This document shows positions 12,527-22,762 of a DNA stretch of 64,000 bases, piece after piece. This DNA comes from Octopus sinensis (taxonomy: Eukaryota), in NCBI RefSeq assembly GCF_006345805.1, contig NC_043009.1:40610001-40674000 (forward strand). The letters run 5' to 3'. Position numbers and translations under genes: made by a program. How positions within the stretch are numbered: position 1 is the stretch's first letter; each line of letters starts with the position of its first letter. Under the pieces are notes generated by a model. It did no database searches and was not told where the DNA came from. It saw only the letters and a program-made list of their open reading frames with translations.

Positions 12527-13038
12527 AAATCAAAATCAAAGTGAAATTCGATGACGGGCACGAGCACCATATGAGCGTGATCGTTGACAGGGCGGCTAAC
12601 CGGCTTCCGTGCCAGTGGCACATAAAAGGCACCATTCGAGTGTGATCGTTACCAATGTCGCCTTACTGGCACTTGTGCCCCTTGCTAGTAGGATCGTTGC
12701 CAGAGCGGCTAACTGGCGTCCGTGCCGGTGGCATGTAGGAGGCACCATTCGAGCGGGATCCTTACCAGCATCGCTTTACTGGCACTTGCGTCGTTGGCAT
12801 GTGTAAAAAGATTCGAGGTTGTTGCCAGTACTGCCTGACTGGCCCCCCGTGCCGGTGGCATGTAAAAGCACCCACTACACTCTCGGAGTGGTTGGCATTA
12901 GGAAGGGCATCCAGCTGTAGAAACTCTGCTAGATCAAGACTGGAGCCTGGTGCAGCCATCTGGTTCGCCAGCCCCCAGTCAAACCGTCCAACCCATGCTA
13001 GCATGGAAAGCGGACGTTAAACAATGATGATGATGATG
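12527..13038 (+). mobile_element. RTE-associated SINE-like element (family D) with internal structured tandem units
   Basis: Repeated gtgccggtggcacgtaaaaagcacc units, then ggttggcgttaggaagggcatccagc and a 3' end catgctagcatggaaagcggacgttaaa(tga)n. Copies at 8950-9305, 55375-55590 and (diverged) 9935-10168. Confidence 0.75.
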
Positions 13039-13115
13039 TGCTAACGATTCTGCCAACACACCACTTTCAATAATAGTAGTAGTAATAATAATAATAATAA
13101 TGAAATTTTACTTAC

Positions 13116-13408
13116 GTGCAAAGAATTTTATTAAAGTACAGACCATGTCCACAAGCTTTTAATTTTGGACATGTGCAGCGACAAGTCTTCTTGTTCCAGG
13201 TCTTAGGATGTGTACATCTGGTATTTAAAGACGGTTTGCAGCGACAGGAGCAATCTGCAGAACTGTAGATATGTATTTTGTCATCGCAATCATCTTCTGT
13301 CACTTTGCAAACTTGTTCACAATCTGTATGTGTTTCAAGATCGATACCAACTACTCTGTCCAAAGTCATGCTTGGAGCTCCGTAATAGTCATAATTTAAC
13401 CGCACAAC
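13116..13408 (-). CDS. PVF: PDGF/VEGF domain C-terminal half plus CxCxC (Balbiani ring 3-like) repeats
   Basis: ctttag|GTT...TGC AC|gtaagt, 293 nt, phase 0 to 2. HTDCEQVCKVTEDDC...DCSCRC...WNKKTCRCTC...FNKILCT is typical of VEGF-C/D and invertebrate PVF tails. Confidence 0.93.
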
Positions 13409-13821
13409 CTAAAGGATGGAGATTGAAGAAGTTTTAGGAAACATGAATGGAGACGGAAAAGCAAACAAAAACCGAAAATAGCTCAGTGACGATAAAACAT
13501 TACTCTTTTACTCTCCTTTTTACTTGTTTCAGTCATTTGACCGCCCTTAGTTGAGCAAAGTGACCTAGTACTTTGCTCGATAGAATAAGTGACCTAGTAC
13601 TAAGTAATTAGTGAAAGCATGGTGCACGTTACCAAGTCATGGAAGTGAGAGTTGCTTATTCTTTTAAGATTTAAGCTGGCTATATCTAGCCCTAATATTC
13701 TTCACAATACTCTACATCATTCTAAAAATGAAAGAAATAATCACATCAAAATTTTGAAGTTACAATATAAGGCATAATTGGTTCAAAACGATGTAAATAA
13801 ATAAGCATTGCATGTGATATG

Positions 13822-14150
13822 TGAAGGCATATAGCTCTATAGTTGGAGCATCAGACTCACAATCATGAGGTTGTGAGTTCGATTCCCAGCCCAGACTGTG
13901 TGTTGTGTTCTTGAGCAAGACACTTTATTTCACATTGCTCTAATTCATTCGGCTGTAGAAATGAGTTATGACGTCACTGGTGCCAAGCTGAACCGGCCTT
14001 TGCCTTTCCCTTGGTTAACATCAGTGGAGTGGAGAAGCGAGGTGGTATGCATGGGCAATTACTGATCTTCCATAAACAACTCTTGCCAGGACTTGTGCCT
14101 CAGAGGGTAATTTTCTAAGTGCAATCCTCTGGTCATTAATACCACCCCCA
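13822..14150 (+). mobile_element. SINE family E in the PVF intron between the two domain exons
   Basis: Same head and body as 1995-2330. Confidence 0.85.
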
Positions 14151-14261
14151 ACACTTTTTTTTTTTTACAAATGACAGAGTAATGTGAATGCTAAAGGATT
14201 AATATGGTATCTTCTAGGTGAATGAAATTACAACAGAAGAGAGAGAGAGAAGAGAACTTAC

Positions 14262-14449
14262 TTGTACTTTTTTAAAAACTTTTCCTTTAGCAGTGGGAAC
14301 ACAGGCAAGTGACTCGTGTTCAGAACAACCTCCACATCTTTTTACTCGGGTACATTTTGGCCAATAATACTTGTTGTATTCTGTTGGTTGAGGAATCTCT
14401 ATTGTAGTCAACCGGGGTGAGCAAAAATCAGCATTGACAATTTCATTTG
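14262..14449 (-). CDS. PVF: PDGF/VEGF domain, N-terminal half
   Basis: ttttgtag|CA...CAA|gtaagt, 188 nt, phase 1 to 0. NADFCSPRLTTIEIPQPTEYNKYYWPKCTRVKRCGGCSEHESLACVP matches the family signature CxPR...WPxCxxVxRCGGC...CVP. The symbol is family-level only. Confidence 0.93.
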
Positions 14450-15647
14450 CTACAAAAAAAAAAAAACAGAAAAAAATATGAATTTAGAAATAAGTTTACA
14501 TTGTATTACTGTTATTGTTACTTCGTTGTTGTTCTCCCATCGCTATGCTGCCAGTAAAAATATTTATTTGTGCATGTATCTTCATAAATTATTCAAAGTG
14601 AAAGTATCTGAGCTGGCAGAAGCGTTAGCACGTCGGGCGAAATGCCGAGCGGTATTTTGTCTGTCGTTACGTTGTGAATTCAATTTCCGCCGAGGTCGAC
14701 TTTGCCTTTCATCCTTTCGGGGTCGATAAATTAAGTACCAGTTACGCACTGGGGTCGATGTAATCGACTTAATCCCTTTGTCTGTCCTTGTTTGTCCCCT
14801 CTGTGTTTAGTCCCTTGTGGGTAGTAAAGAAATAAGTATCTTTTTGAAGTTTGTGTTGCATTGTCTATATGTTGATAGACACACAGTCACACAATAAATA
14901 CTTGACAACCGATGCTGGTGTATTTATGTCCCCGTAACTTAGCGGTTCGGCAGGCAAAAGAGACCGATAGAAATAAGTACTAGGCTTACAAAGAATAAGT
15001 CCTGGGGTCGATTTGCTCGAGTAAAGGCAGTGCTCCAGCATGGCCATAGTCAAATGACTGAAACAAGTAAAAGAGTATCGCCATGACTTGGCAATTTATG
15101 CCTGTATCATTTCTGTTACTCTGCAGCGAAGCGCCCACGACCCAGGTACATACGGGTAGGTGTAGAGCTGCAAGGCACGCAAGAATCTGATATTGTTCTT
15201 GATTTTGCTGTCTCTACATAATCTCAGGTCTACTGAAGCAGGTGAAGAAAACTGGATTGGCGGAAACTGTTTGGAAGCCTGCTCGGTGGACTTTCTTTGA
15301 CGTGAGAGGCAACTCTATCTTTCACTCACTTTAATTATTCAGCAGTCTAGGACTTTAGCAGAATTCACTCTGTGATAAGAATTGGGGCTACGCAACAAGA
15401 AATGACACATAACGATATCTAGTTATCCGCTATCCTTGAACCAGATCTATAATCCAAAGATTACGGATTATTAGATATTTTTGTAGCAGTAACACGTGCG
15501 TTTTGGTGACCACCTCCACCACCATCGTCATTATCATCAATCAAAGAAACATTGAAAACGTGACCAACAACTTTCCCTTCCGTGTATCTTCTCTGCAGAT
15601 GTTTTATGATTCAGGCCTTTTAAAAAACTAAACTAAATAGTATTATA

Positions 15648-16158
15648 ACTATTTCTTTACTACCCACAAGGGGCTAAACACAGAGAGGACAAACAAGGAC
15701 AGACAAACGGATTAAGACGATTATATCGACCCCAGTACGTAACTGGTACTTAATTTATCGTCCCCGAAAGGATGAAAGGCAAAGTCGACCTCGGTGGAAT
15801 TTGAACTCAGATCGTAACGGCGGACGAAATACCTATTTCTTTACTACCTACAAGGGGCTAAACACAGAGGGGACAAACAAAGACAGACAAACAGATTAAG
15901 TCGATTATATTGACCCCAATGCGTAACTGGTACTTATTTAATCGACCCCGAAAGGATGAGAGGCAAAGTCGACCTCGGCGGAATTTGAACTCACAACGTA
16001 GCGGCAGACGAAATACGGCTACGCATTTTGCCGGGCGTGCTAACGTTTCTACCAGCTCCCCTGCCTTATAAAATGAGGAACTAACCTCAGGCTGAATCGA
16101 ACTCACAAATCGACGCTTGCAGGGCTCCTTGCGAATCAGATTGGCCAAACGCTCACCT
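15648..16158 (-). mobile_element. Dimeric SINE family B with extra tRNA-like 5' head, 20-bp TSD
   Basis: TSD ctaaactaaatagtattata at 15628-15647 and 16159-16178. Confidence 0.85.
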
Positions 16159-16958
16159 CTAAACTAAATAGTATTATACCATTAATCTTTAGTTGTTTGG
16201 TTTTTTTAAGCTATCATGGTAGAAGTCATGAGGACACACCGCTTTCAATCAATCATTGCCAATTTGCTGACAACAGTAGAAAACTCAGCTTTGAAGATGC
16301 ACCGACAATTTTTTTGGTCTGCGATGAAGGCAGCAGCTTTAGCAGTAAATTTATAAACTAAGTACATTCTTTCAGCCAATAACATTTTGTTTCCTACTTA
16401 AACCATTATGATTTACATCATTATGATCTTGGATCAAACTGAGACCACAAAAGTTTACTCAGAAACGTACAATAATTAATCTTAATCCTTTTAAATTTTT
16501 TTCCTTTTATAATAATTCTATTTATACCCAAAGTGGATTAAAAGGATATAAACTGATCCTTGTTCATAACTAATATACCTGTCCTCGTTAATTACCGATT
16601 CATTGATCTCTAATTCAGGGGAAAACAGCACGTTCAGTTGTGAATCCTGTTACACTTATCAAGGAATGATTTAGGATAACAAGGGTCAGATATCGTGCAA
16701 AAATTCTGCTTGTTGATATTTTTCAGTTGTTTGTCTTTTTTATTATGATGTGTTATAAAATATCTTCCCAAACACGAAAAAATATCATAAGGTGTGTTTA
16801 AAATATTTTTGAAAGTGTTATATAAGTTAGGAGGACAACTTTGGGGTCTCGGAGCGAAACCCTTTGTTTCCCCGGTTGTTCTAGTATTCATTTATCACTG
16901 ATCCATGTGACACTTTCTCCTTTTTAGACTAAACACGCATGATAAACGAAGCCAGACG

Positions 16959-17468
16959 TACCGTAAAGCCTCGTGTATAATCCGTATTTTTTCCCCAAAA
17001 TTTAAAGGTCAAAATCCCTAGTGCGTACTATATACGAGGTTAAAAATGAAAATTATTTTCTAAGTAATGTCCGAGTCTATTTGCTGTCCGGCAATGTTTA
17101 TTCAGACGCATTTTGTGATGTCGGGCGCGAAAATACCTTAAGCTAAGCCTGAAAGCAATGAAGTCATAAAAGAATCATCTATAACTTGCAATAAGCAATA
17201 TTTATTAAACGTTATTACTGTTATTTATTTTCTGCAAACAAAATGCACAAAAAAGTTACACGTTTGCATTATGTTATATATACAATAATAATAAAGGACA
17301 TTACCGTATACAGTTTTACAAACCAAGGACGTTATATAGACCTCCTTGACTCAAGTTAGAGAAGGGGTGCGTATTATACACAAGGTTTAGGTTTTTCAGA
17401 AGTACAGCCCCCTAAAAATCCCCTGCGTATTATACTCAAGGGCGGACTATACTCGAGGATTTACGGTA
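16959..17468. mobile_element. pogo/Tigger-type MITE
   Basis: TIRs taccgtaaagcctcgtgtataatccg and cggactatactcgaggatttacggta, with TA ends. Confidence 0.82.
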
Positions 17469-17643
17469 CTTCTATTTTATCGACCTTAGATGGGTCAATA
17501 GTAGGAATTGAACTCTGAATATTAAGGTGCGTAAACTAAATATCAATGCTCTAACGATTCTGAAAATTCACCATCGATGAAACGTTGGAACAATTTCAAG
17601 TCTTAATAGAAATTGTTCTCAAAAATTAAATAAGAATACTTAC

Positions 17644-17667
17644 TACTGGCATATTGGAAATCGCCAT
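17644..17667 (-). CDS. PDGF/VEGF-family growth factor, 24-nt microexon (DGDFQYAS)
   Basis: Long polypyrimidine tract, cttttcttttctctttttccctgtttttcag|ATGGCGATTTCCAATATGCCAGTA|gtaagt. Phase 1 to 1, open frame, joins the 27143 and 14449 exons in frame. Confidence 0.75.
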
Positions 17668-19619
17668 CTGAAAAACAGGGAAAAAGAGAAAAGAAAAGCA
17701 TGAATATTTAATCAAAATAATTGCACTTGTGAAATTAAAATCTAGTTTTGTAAAAATCTAAAATTGTTCATTAATCATTACTGTAATGTGAGAAATAATA
17801 ATGTAGTGAACTTACTTTTCAAGCTAAACTGTCTGAACAGAGAGATAAATTGATAATGAAGTCTTGCCACAGTCAAGTGTAAGACAGAGGTTAAACAAAT
17901 AAATATTTAAATATAGACATCAATACGAAGAAAGCGAAAAGGTTATATCGGATTAATAATAACGATCAAAAATACTCTCTCAAGTCTCGACTGTTAAGAA
18001 AAACAAACTAAGCAGATCGTCATCAGATTAAAAACATTTCGATCTTACTTTGATTGTTGATATGTTACAGAGCCCACTATGATACCCAGTAAGCTATCGT
18101 AGTGACATAAGGTAAACTCTCAAATACGAAAACAATACATTTATGTTTGCATTGCAAATGTGAAAGTTGTAAACATCACGACTTAAACTGTTATATTGGT
18201 AATACAAGTACTACCGATACAACACTCTCTCACTGGACCACGATGTGTTTGCAAGGCGTAACAGAAATATCCTCCACAACACAAAAACAAAAATTAATAA
18301 AAGGTTAGTTGAAAACCCATCTATGCTCTACAGAATAACTAAACAAAAGATTAAAGATCAAAGCAATATTCAGAACATATTTCTAATGAATAAACACATA
18401 ACCAGGTAGCTTGCCCGTCCCACCGTCTTTAGCGTAGTTAACTATGTACCACAGCACGACCCCACCATAAACGAACATGATAAAATAAACACAGATTGGA
18501 GGTGGGCGGTATATTATTGATTTTGTTTGTTTATTTATTCACATTTCGAAGTCTGTTGTAATTATTGATATTGTTGATGTTGTTATTGTCACTGTGGCGG
18601 TTGTAGTGATTGTAGGAAACAAGTAGTTTATCATAATATTATGTTTAAATTTGTTTTGTTTTTTTGCTTTTTTTTTTAGCTTATATTTAAAAGTTTATAT
18701 AGGCGCAGGCGTGGCTTTGTGGTAAGAATCTTGCTTCCCAACCACATGGTTCAGGGTTCAGTCCCATTGCGTGGCACTTTGAGCAAGTGTCTTCTACTGT
18801 AGCCTCGGACGATCAAAGCCTTGTGAGTCGATTAGTTAACCGGAAACTGAAAGAAGCCTGTCGTACATGTCTCTCCCACCACCACTGGTGATGTGTTTAC
18901 GTTCTCGTAACTTAGCGGTTCGGCAAAAGAGACCGAGAGAATAAGGACTTGGTTTTAAAAAAAGTCCTCCTGGGGTCGATTTGTTCCACTAAAACTCTTC
19001 AAGGTGATGCTCCAGCATAGCCGCAGTCAAATGACTGAAGCAAGTAAAAGATAGAAAAAAAAAGATATTAATAGGTTAAAATAATTTCTAATACACAAAT
19101 GCACTCACTCAAACACTACACATGCATACTTACGCATATATAAACATACGTATTTATATACACCCACATTTAAACATACGCATGCATACACACACATACA
19201 AGGACTCAAATATAAGCATACAGTTTCTGTTATAGAGAGAGAAGGAAATAAAACAGGCTGATTATTACAAATAACCTTACTGGGGACGTACTTACAACAA
19301 ATTTAGAAAATACAAGTATTTCAGATTCTCAAATTGCAATTAAATACAAACTCCTGATTACTAAAAAAATCTCCTTTTAGTAATTACACATTCTTGTATA
19401 GTTTCTACTCTCAAGCACACTTTGGCATGGAGTTTCTTTATTGGCATCAGTTTCTTGGAATACTTCTCTTTATGGATTGTATCATGTCATCGACAGTGAG
19501 TGGTATTCTTGAAAATATATTATCTTATAGCGTCCAAAACGAAATCCATTAGGATATATCATATTGTGTAACAGAATTTTCATTTTAAAGAATTTTTGTA
19601 TTTGTTGTTTAATAAATGC

Positions 19620-20050
19620 TGTTTCCTATTTGCTTCTGTTTAGAAACCAAATGAAATGACTACTATTTCCTTTAAATTTTGCTTTTGTGACCTGGTCATC
19701 AATCTTTTGAAACTGACCTATTTTCCACTACATTTCGGACAGATTCAGCGCTGAGTTGCTGAAACAGGAATATCGTTATAGCAAATATTCTGCTCAACAG
19801 CACAGATTTGCTTGTCAGTTACTTGGCCGTTACCACTTGAAGATGTCCTTTAGCGGCTGACGATATGTGCAACTCTCATCAATGGCAATGGGGTAGGGGA
19901 GCATCATAACCATGTGTTGAGAATGATTCTTTGGGGGTTTGAATAGATATAACAAGAGTAAAGTTTGAATGAAATATTTGCCATTTTTCATACTTTCTAG
20001 GAAAAAGCAAATAGAAAATAACAGTTGCTACTCAAGGACAAAAATCGAGC
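19620..20050. repeat. Unclassified interspersed repeat of about 430 bp, inverted copy at 38165-38590
   Basis: Colinear similarity between 19620-20050 and the reverse complement of 38165-38590. Confidence 0.75.
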
Positions 20051-20180
20051 TACACAGTGAGTTTATAGTTCGGTTAAGGTGATAACTATTCAACTGGTCA
20101 TTATACTTCCTCCACTATCCACCAATGGAACAATGTTTTTCTTTTTCTTTTTTGTCAAGAAACGTACGAGGCGTTATACA

Positions 20181-20568
20181 TTATTAGCAGTATCGCCCGG
20201 CGTTGCTCGGGTTTGTAAGGGAAATAACTATAAAGCATTTTTAGAGAGTTATAGCCAAAAAACAGCAAAAAAAAATGGGGAAAAAATGATGGTAAATTTT
20301 TTTGAGAGTAAAAAAGGTCGAGTTGCGTCCCCTAGACAGTCTGTGGTTTGTGTTTCTGATTCTCGACCCCATGTCGAATTTATCGATTTTTTTCAGAACT
20401 GGGGGAACTTTTCAAAATTTTCGCTGCGTTAGTTTTGAATTATGACATTGGGCTATGTGTGTGTCAAGTTTCATCAGAATCGGTTGAAAGCCGTGGTCAG
20501 AGTGAGGGTACAACCTAACAGACACACAGACACGCAGACAGACAAACTGCCGTTTATATATAGAGAGA
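20181..20568 (+). mobile_element. Helitron/Helentron-like non-autonomous element
   Basis: 5' ttagcagtatcgcccggcgttgctcggg, 3' aagtttcatcagaatcggttgaaagccg...(acag)n aaactgccgtttatatatagagagat. This is typical HINE/Lep1-like architecture. Confidence 0.65.
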
Positions 20569-20846
20569 TAATGGGGGAAGAAGTCCCGTGTTGCTGAAAA
20601 AATTATTTGTATTATACATGGTTAGGCTCGAAAATGCATGGTACTAAACAAAAATGCTACTTCACAGCATTTTGGGCAAGTATCTTCTATTTTAGCGTCG
20701 TTGTTGACCAATTCTTTCTAAGTGGAACTTGAGAGGCGATATATGTGCAGAGAGAAGCCCATCGCGCGAGCGTATATGATCCAATATGTTTATAAAATGA
20801 ATAAACGAATGAAGAGATTGCTATCTCATTTATTATCCGGTTGCGG

Positions 20847-21063
20847 TCGTTTCAATAACAGATGGGTTAGATAAATCCTTTAACATACTGGAATAAAATA
20901 TAAACAATGATTACGCAATTTCATAAAAGAAGCCTCTTTTCCAAGGCCATGGTGAGATGACAGAATCGGGATCCATTTAATAACGCATGAAATTACATAA
21001 TCATTGTTTATATTGGTTCTAGCATGTTAAATGATTTATCTCTCCCATCTGTTATTGAAACGA
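20847..21063. mobile_element. Foldback MITE-like element
   Basis: Imperfect inverted arms of about 77 bp (tcgtttcaataacagatggg... and ...cccatctgttattgaaacga) around a spacer of about 62 bp. Confidence 0.7.
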
Positions 21064-21256
21064 TAGTTGGGTTATAAATGCGATACCAATATCTTAATTC
21101 TTTCTTTCATTTTATTTTATACTCCTGCCGTTGATATAAATTTCCTATATTTTCAGTTAGTATGGAATACTTTGTTTTACTGGATTGTTTGCTAGGATTT
21201 GCATGATTGCTGACTGAGACAATAACCTGATTTTCATCCTGCTCCTTTATTTACTG

Positions 21257-21306
<50 letters not shown>

Positions 21307-21309
<3 letters not shown>

Positions 21310-22762
21310 TGGGTTGGTCAAAAAGATCGTTCTCTCTTTTTTTACAGGAACATAATACAAGATTTAAACATAAAGCGATTTATTCAATCAATGATATAAA
21401 TAAAATATAAACGCGCCCTTTTTAAAGCCTAGCCAGGCTCATGGGCCCGATTTCCCGGTTTCTATGGCGTATGTGTTCCCCAGCTGGACGGGACGCCAGT
21501 CCATCGCAGCGTTACTCATTTTTGCCAGCTGAGTGGACTGGAGCAACGTGAAATGAAGTGTTTTGCTCAAGAACACAACGCGTCGCCCGGTCCAGGAATC
21601 GAAACCACAATCTTACGATCATAATGCTGACACCCTAACCACTAAGCCATGCGCCCCCACCAATCAATGATATAATTACCATTTAATTTCGGTGTCTTCT
21701 GCATTCATGTGGGCAGACCCATTATTCTCTGATAAAAGAATTTCCTGTCTTTACTGATGAAGAACTCTTCCAGTGAATTTATACATCCTCTTCAGAGTTG
21801 AAGGTCTGCCTATTCAATGAATTTTGAAGAGACCAAAACTGGTGGAAATCTGAAGGAACAAGGTCGGGCAAATATGGAAGGTGAAGCAAAACACCCCAGC
21901 TAATCTGCAGTAACGTCTGCCGCTTATGCAAAAAAGTGTGTATTGTCGTGCCGAAAGACAATACCCATGCCAAGTTCTGGAGGCATCTGGTGAATCGCTG
22001 CATTTAATTGGTCCAGCTGCTCAAAGTAAGCATTCGAACTGATGGTCCTGTTTGCGGGAAGAAGCTCGTAAAACGATAAAAGGAAAGCATAGTCTTCTTT
22101 GGGCGACGTCCTGCTTTGGAGGTTGTTTGTGGTAGGTTGCCACATTTCACCCCATCATCATTTGCGCTTAACATCGTTATGTCTCCTCGTCTGCTACCTT
22201 TCTCTTCAATAACAGATCGTTTTCTTCACGCATCTTCAACGAATTGCAGATGGACATTCGTTGGGCCATGCCCCGCTCATTCAATTGATGCGGGAACCAA
22301 ACATTGAGCTTGCTAATGTAACCAAGCTGATGCAGACGTTTCCAACATTCGATTTGAATATTATGGGAAACCATACGACCATCCTGGTCGTTTAACGGGG
22401 GTTGGTGTCGACTAATTCCTTCACTTTGTCGCTATTAATCTCATATGACCAGGCGGAGCGTGGTGCTTCTCGAATAGAAGAATTTCCCAACTGAAATCTT
22501 AGAAATCTTTTCTGGTATGTTCATGCTCTAACCCCGACACAGCATTTGTCTTCTTGCAGGTTTCCGTTTCTTTCTGTTTTTAAAATATGAAAATGGCATG
22601 TCGTGTCGATAATATTTGTTTTGGTTCTCCATTTTCAAAGTGAAAGCAAGCATACAAAATATAACCTGTCAAGTCGCAAGTTCGCGTCGAGCTACGTTAA
22701 TGTATCTAACGAATACGCATGAGCAAAGATAAAAAGCGAACGAACTTGTTGACCAACCATAT
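21307..22762 (-). mobile_element. Mariner DNA transposon, decayed (frameshifted transposase)
   Basis: TIRs tattgggttggtcaaaaagatcgttc and gaacgaacttgttgaccaaccatat. Peptides WFPHQLNERGMAQRMSIC, FRHDN, HLPYLPDLVPSDFHQFWSLQNSL are mariner motifs (WVPHEL, HHDNA, YSPDLAPSD). Confidence 0.92.
21400..21660 (-). mobile_element. tRNA-SINE family C, full length with 15-bp TSD, nested in a mariner element
   Basis: Head gtgggggcgcatggcttagtggttagggtg...gtttcgattcc. TSD caatcaatgatataa at 21385-21399 and 21661-21675. Related copies: +10388, +33350, +36323, +47498. Confidence 0.88.

Noticed and set aside
12590-12880. Twister, pistol or HDV ribozyme identity for the family D repeat unit
   Set aside because: It shares only GUGCCGGU and UAAAA with twister and lacks the UCCC/AAGC loop and GAGGG strand. 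Kept only as an unclassified structured motif.
15090-15320. About 70 codons open on the minus strand between PVF exons (SCLSRQRK...LRCR)
   Set aside because: No pyrimidine-rich acceptor or in-phase donor, and no recognisable homology. Probably a decayed repeat.
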